The position numbers and the translations under genes were made by a program. Source: Octopus bimaculoides (taxonomy: Eukaryota). From it: a stretch of DNA of 40,782 bases. The notes beneath the pieces are model-generated. The model had not been told where the DNA came from and searched no databases. It saw nothing but the letters and a program-made list of their open reading frames with translations. Shown here piece after piece: positions 1 through 40,782 of this stretch; the first letter of the stretch is position 1, and each line of letters opens with the position of its first letter. The stretch spans positions 122,043,169 through 122,083,950 of the forward strand of contig NC_068982.1 of NCBI RefSeq assembly GCF_001194135.2, written 5' to 3'.

Positions 1-334
1 TATATATATATATATTGTGATATAAATGGGCTGAAGTACAACACATTCAAGGCAAAAACCTGCAGTGTTTCCAAACATTTGATCAGTTACCTCTGTTCAA
101 TAGATTTGCATGTTTGAGCAGTACCAACAACAGCTGCTCAAAAGCTACAAAAACATTTTCTGTCAAGTAGAGAGCATAAAAGAGACAGTCTTTTAATATT
201 AACAAGACTTTCTACTTAAATAGGTAGTGAGCAAGAATAATTCACTATTTAGATATTTACGATATGAGGATAGTATCTGTATTCTCTCAATATTCTCCTC
301 AGGAGATAATGTGAGAGAATTGTATTCATTAGAT

Positions 335-577
335 CAGTAGTTCTCAAACTAACAAACGACAGACCCTATCCTTATAAAAAGAAATTAGTGAAATTTTTTT
401 GGCAACCTCCTCTTTATTAATGAGAAAATAAAATAGAGCTTGCATCCATGTAATTCTTGTTTCATCAATGTTTTTGACATTTAAATCTTAGAAACATATT
501 TAATCTCATTAAAGATGGCAATTTGAACACTCCCTTTTCAATCATTAGTTCTCCTCACATCCATAAGAGAAACACTG
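335..577. mobile_element. hAT-like MITE
   Basis: Imperfect TIRs cagtagttctc / gagaaacactg; 8-bp flanks cattagat / cattaggt. Confidence 0.55.
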
Positions 578-1309
578 CATTAGGTAGATGTACCATCTGA
601 TTGCTAAGTTTTAAATAACCAACAGTTTACAATCACTGGCTCATTATCAAGGCCATTCCCTATCTTTATCGCTGCTCCAATCCTCTCTTTCTACAATTGT
701 GTGTCTGACACTTTTATCCTTATCATTTTTTCCCTTCCAATGACTCAGGCTGACTACACTAAATCCCTAGTGCAAATGGTCTGAAAAAAACTGTAAGGTA
801 TTACACCTCCACTCCAATCTAGGATAGTGAATCCAAAGTAGGTAGTAAACAGTTGAAATAAGTGTTTTATGATTTGTAAGTTATTGCTTCATCATAATCA
901 TTAACATCAAGTGTTCAGATTAAATCAATAGGAGTCAATGTTGCTTTTATCCTTCAAGCAAGGATAGGGATCAATAAAACAAATGAGTTGACTCTATTTC
1001 CTCCTATTAGAAAAAAAAAAAAAAAAAAGGTAGGGGCATTTGTGCCTAGTAGAAATAAGTTATTAACAACACTACATAATTAGAATAATTCTATTTTCTT
1101 ATTGAAATGAATTTTGAAAGAATATGATACAAGCTGTTATTTCTTGTTCATACCAATTAATTTGGTTATTATAATACTTACAAAATAGCTTAGATTTTGT
1201 CAACGGAAGTTAAAGAAGAAATATCACTCAGTACATTTAAAAATAAAAGTAATTAATTTCTCTACATTCCCTTTTTTCCCTGTCATTTCTATGTAAAAAA
1301 AAATCAACT

Positions 1310-36437
<35,128 letters not shown>

Positions 36438-37629
36438 CTGAAAGAAGATAGATTAAAACAAAAGTGTATAATCACAAGTATTTAATTCTCTGTATTCCTA
36501 ACTTTAGAATTATCAGTGAAGTATTTGCATACTATTTTCTATTAAGCACTACAGGTAGGTCATTTGTTTAAGATGTAACATGTCCCTGGCTAGCTGAGGA
36601 ATGTACTGTTTATTATGATATGTAGTAGTGATTCATATAGGATGTAGAGCAACAGTTTGAAATTTTTCGAAAGAAAGTAGAGCAGGAGTCTAGGTAGATT
36701 TTGTTGCAATTTCTAGTAAGTTGAGTAACGGCAGGGAACCTTCTTAGTACCAGAGGTGAATTTAATTGTAAATTTCAAGTGCCCCAAAATATTTGTGTAG
36801 ATATGTCATTGAGAACAATGAATCTTTAATGGATGAAATAATTATGAATCATATATTTTACAATTCATAGGTATTAATGTTTTGGTCCTTAGGCTCAAAC
36901 TACTTTTCTGTTTTCATGCTGGCTTTCAGAAATTTTTCATCAATAGGCAATTTCAAATTTGAATACAAGTGAAATTTCACCTGAAGGAGAGGACGTTCCT
37001 TACCGATGACATAGAGGCTCCACCACTGGCTCATTCTACAGAGATGAAAACACTAAAGACAGTTGCATATGTCTAGGGTATTCAGCTGTTATGAATCATG
37101 AATAGTTGAGTCAGCAGAATCTCAAAACAACCAGTAAAAGAACAGTAGTTTGTATTTCATGAACCATACAATTCTGTCCTCATCCAAGACACTTAACTTT
37201 CAGTGATCCAGTCTTCCTAGCTGAATGTAGATACCATAAGGTTTAAGCAACAATAGTAATCACAACCCCATAAAACTGGTGAATATTCAAGGTATCTTGC
37301 CATACTGAGTTCATGTACTCCTCTGGGCTTGAGTTATGCTATCACAACTATTCCAGGATAGATCCAAACTGAACAAAAACAAATGAGTGAATCAATTACT
37401 TTGACTCAATACTATGTTCCTTCTTAATTAAACAAATGATACAGATTTACTGTTCAGTAAAGCTGTAGGTATATTATGTGTAAGAAGAAAAAAATGTCAA
37501 TATATAAGATGCACTGTGGCAGAGAAGATAATTTTATGACTAATATAATATATATTTTATAATATAATTTTCCAACGTAGCTTTTGAGGGCAGGTTTTTT
37601 ACAGCTAAATTATGCATATTATCCATTTT

Positions 37630-38330
37630 TGTTACTTGTTATTTCTGGGAAGGTCATGGGGATAGAGTCTCCAGGCACCTCCTCCATATCAGAAGTAGCC
37701 ATCATTACACTTACCTTCTGAATTTCTAAGTGTGACCAACTGAGACTATGGATATTATCCAACCATCTTGATGTAGCCAGTGGAGGTGCAATGGCCCAGT
37801 GGTTAGGGCAGCAAACTCACGGTCATAGGATCGCGGTTTTGATTCCCAGACCGGGCGTTGTGAGTGTTTATTGAGCGAAAACACCTAAAGCTCCACGAGG
37901 CTCCGGCAGGGGATGGTGGCGAACCCTGCTGTACTCTTCCACCACAACTTTCTCTTGCTCTTACTTCCTGTTTCTGTTGTGCCTGTAATTCAAAGGATCA
38001 GCCTTGTCACGCTGTGTCACGCTGAATATTCCCGAGAACTACATTAAGGGTACACGTGTCTGTGGAGTGCTCAGCCACTTGCACGTTAATTTCACGAGCA
38101 GGCTGTTCCGTTGATCGGATCAACTGGAACCCTCGACGTCGTAAGCGAGGGAGTGCCAACAACAACGATGTAGCCAACTCGTACGTCAACTGCTGGTTGG
38201 CTTGGCTTGAAGAACCTATCTTATGATCTTCTCCTGCAGCATTCTAACCACATGCCCGTAGTACCAGAGCTGTAACCTCTGAAAATAGTGACTTGACCTA
38301 GAGAGACTCCTTGATTTCTGAGATACACAC
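37630..38330 (-). mobile_element. Decayed RTE LINE 3' fragment, interrupted by a SINE
   Basis: Minus-strand remnants LQLWYYGHVVRM...HPRWLDNI resemble the RTE C-terminus QLRWFGHV.RM...RWLD. Confidence 0.65.
37780..38166 (+). mobile_element. Full-length tRNA-derived SINE with (CAA)n tail
   Basis: Box A TGGCCCAGTGG, degenerate box B, CAACAACAAC tail; 10-bp TSD gatgtagcca at 37770-37779 and 38167-38176. Confidence 0.85.
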
Positions 38331-39132
38331 TTATGTCTAACATTGCATGCTATGCAATGATAAATTTCTACTTTGTGCTTACTAATAATAAGTGAGTTCT
38401 ATCGACACAGATAAATCTATGTGCATATGTGTTTATGAGTATAAACTAATTACTGAAGTGGTGAGAGATCACACACAGACGAACTATACAGGGTTACAAG
38501 ATATTCCAGATGTGATTGTAACTCAGGATTAATGTAATTACATTTCTAAGTCACCTAGAGTAAAGCATTTCTAAGCTATAAACATCATCTTCCATGTTTG
38601 TGTTCTACATTGAACATTTTTATTGGTTTACCCATTCAAATTAACATATGTAAATTATGTAAAATTCTACAAGCTTTTCCCATTTATATGTAGAAATAGA
38701 GCATATAATCAGCAAAATTAATCTTGTAAAAGATCAAATAACTAAGAGAAGATAGCAGAAAATTTAGCTAAAGCAGCCTTCAACTACATTATATCTTGGT
38801 TTCAAGTTTTAGTTAGATATTTGTTTATTTATTTATATCTTTGATGTTCTTGAAAATGATAACAAGAATATCAAAACTTTCCATTTACCCATTCTCAAAA
38901 ATAATAGATATCGTGCCTATGCAAAAATAAATAAACAGATAAATAAATAAAGTTTTACATTAATCATAGTCACAGCTGTAGCAACAGCAAAATAAACAGT
39001 AACAAGAGCCAACAATGCAATATCTATCATTCCTTTGACCTGTTAGAGATAGCAACCATTTTATCACCAAGAAATCATGCAGTTTTCCAGAGCAATGGAA
39101 CAGTAGATCATGCCTAAACATTCAACAGACTA

Positions 39133-39623
39133 TTTACATTATTTACATTTGACGGATATTTGTCCTCATCTTGTTTGTTGTTAACACAACGTTTTGGCTG
39201 ATATACCCTCCAGCCTTATCAGGTGTCTTGGGGAAATTTTGAACCTGGATTCTCATTCCTAAGGTACTTTTCGATGTTGTTGTTATGATTATGATTATTA
39301 TTGTTCATGTCACTGCCTGGAATTGAACTCGGAATCTTGGGGGTAAGTAGCCCATGGGCATATGGCGCAGTGGTTAAGAGCGCAGAATACTAACCCCAAA
39401 ATTCCAAGTTCAATTCCAGGCAGTGACCTGAATAATAATAACAATAATAACAACAAAATCGAAAAGTACCTTAGGAATGAGAACCCAGGTTCGAAATTTT
39501 CCCACCTGATGAAGGCTGGAGTGTATATCAGCCGAAACGTTGTGTTAACAAAAAACAAGATGAGGACAAATATCCATCAAATGTAAATAATGTAAATAAT
39601 TCCTCATCTCTTAAATATAGAAC
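39133..39623. mobile_element. Palindromic tRNA-headed, hammerhead-bearing short retroelement, copy 2
   Basis: Same family as 28805-29235; about 220-bp inverted arms; perfect 14-bp TSD cattcaacagacta at 39119-39132 and 39624-39637. Confidence 0.88.
39503..39546 (+). ncRNA. Hammerhead motif, core intact, stem I shortened to 3 bp
   Basis: CAC-CUGAUGA-A-GGCUG...CAGCC-GAA-ACGU-U-GUG; a small upstream deletion removes the rest of stem I. Confidence 0.65.
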
Positions 39624-39859
39624 CATTCAACAGACTACTTGTATGCTATAGAGCTGTTCAATCAAAGAAAATATTAATTAATATTTTCAATATTAATCAG
39701 CACTAAATGTTTAGATTGGTAAGTATTATATCCCTAACAATAATGACTGTTCATCCCTTGAAGGTTATTTTCTCCCATGTGGAATATGAAGAAAACATCA
39801 CAATCACCAAGGCTCTCTTTCCTAGTGAAAGTACATCCTTAGCATAGCTAGGATCTCAT

Positions 39860-40340
39860 CCCAATGAATGACCCTTCTCTTCAGGGTCAGAAGTTACTTC
39901 TTCTCCCAACAATTATTGACAATATACAATGCTCAAGTGAGGCCTGCAATGGAATATTGTTCTCACATTTGCAACAATGCTGCTGCTGCACACATAGGCA
40001 TCCTAAATCAGAAAATGGTCACTTTATTTATTACCATGAAGTCACTTACAGATATGCTCTAGACTCCAGCCCACAGCTAAGTTGTCACCTCCATCTTCCT
40101 TTTCTACTGATACTATAATAGCCTTTGTTCTGTGCAGCTGGAAAGACTCATGCCACCTCCACTCAGGCCCAACCATTCCACTCTCCTTCCTCATCATCCT
40201 TGTTGTGTCCACCATAATCCTAAAACTGCACTAATCACTACACTCAGTCCTATCTTTCCAGAACATCAGCTCTATTAAATTCCTTCTCTGCTCATATTTT
40301 CCCCAAGCGTTGTCTAACAAAACTTCAAGAGGAATAGTAA
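39860..40340 (+). mobile_element. Decayed CR1/L2-group LINE 3' fragment
   Basis: LLTIYNAQVRPAMEYCSHI motif and a downstream FPRT..L.NS-like remnant. Confidence 0.75.
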
Positions 40341-40439
40341 TAGCACCAATCTCACCAGTGTAGAAAGGACCCAACAAGTTTTAAAAGGTCTCAACCAACC
40401 AGTATCACTCTACTAAAACAAATGAATAAATGAAAGGAT

Positions 40440-40635
40440 GAATGCATGTTTGGCTGTACTGGTTCCACATAAAAAGCACCTAGTCCATTCTGTAAAGTAG
40501 TTGGCATTAGGAAGGTCATCAAGTCGTAAAAACTATGTCAAAACCATGTCATAGGGGCTTAGTGTAGTCCTTTGGCTTGCCAGCTCCTAGCAAATCCTCC
40601 AACCTATGCCAATATGAAAGACAGATAATGATGAT
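40440..40635 (+). mobile_element. GAT-tailed element, old copy
   Basis: aaaaagcacc...ttggcattaggaagg...ccaacctatgccaatatg...gatgat. Confidence 0.6.
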
Positions 40636-40782
40636 ATGTATGCATGCATGTATATGTATGCGTCCATGTTTTCTTTGTATCATCTATCTGTATGTTTTGT
40701 CCCTTTCTTGTATCACCTAACTGTCTGGATGTTTTGCGTTCTTGTCCCATTCTGTATTATTTATATATATATATATATATAT

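Noticed and set aside
413-418. AATAAA on the minus strand inside the hAT-like MITE as an APPL polyadenylation signal
   Set aside because: The hexamer is expected by chance in AT-rich DNA, and there is no transcript evidence.
39183-39226. Hammerhead in the left arm of copy 2
   Set aside because: G8 is deleted and G12 has changed to A, so it is predicted inactive; counted only as part of the element.
40660-40782. Pyrimidine-rich tail running into (TA)n, reminiscent of the hammerhead elements' 3' ends
   Set aside because: No hammerhead core upstream and only compositional similarity; the window ends here.
36438-40782. Search for the first APPL coding exon (expected to end ...DSPQ|gt)
   Set aside because: No matching exon found on the minus strand; presumed outside the window.

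Overview
AT-rich eukaryotic genomic DNA with three assembly gaps. The SINE/LINE families look like those of octopus or another coleoid cephalopod (inference from sequence recognition, not a search). The window lies almost entirely inside one minus-strand gene, an APPL1/APPL2 orthologue (BAR-PH-PTB endosomal adaptor). I reconstructed 21 GT-AG, phase-consistent coding exons from 36437 down to the stop at 1310: 2043 nt, 680 aa plus stop, ending in ...DDSEA*. The first coding exon was not found and probably lies beyond 40782. The introns hold tRNA-derived SINEs, decayed RTE, CR1/L2 and CRE-like LINE fragments, hAT-like MITEs and microsatellites. Most notable are short non-coding elements carrying minimal type I hammerhead ribozyme motifs of the Penelope-like-element kind, in three unrelated sequence families. 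One family (two copies) is a tRNA-headed Pol III SINE fused to a hammerhead-bearing 3' end, inserted as a long head-to-head palindrome with target-site duplications and nearly the same 3' tail missing from one arm. The other two are short hammerhead-bearing elements at (TA)n tracts. Ribozyme activity, mobilisation mechanism and novelty are inferences needing tests.
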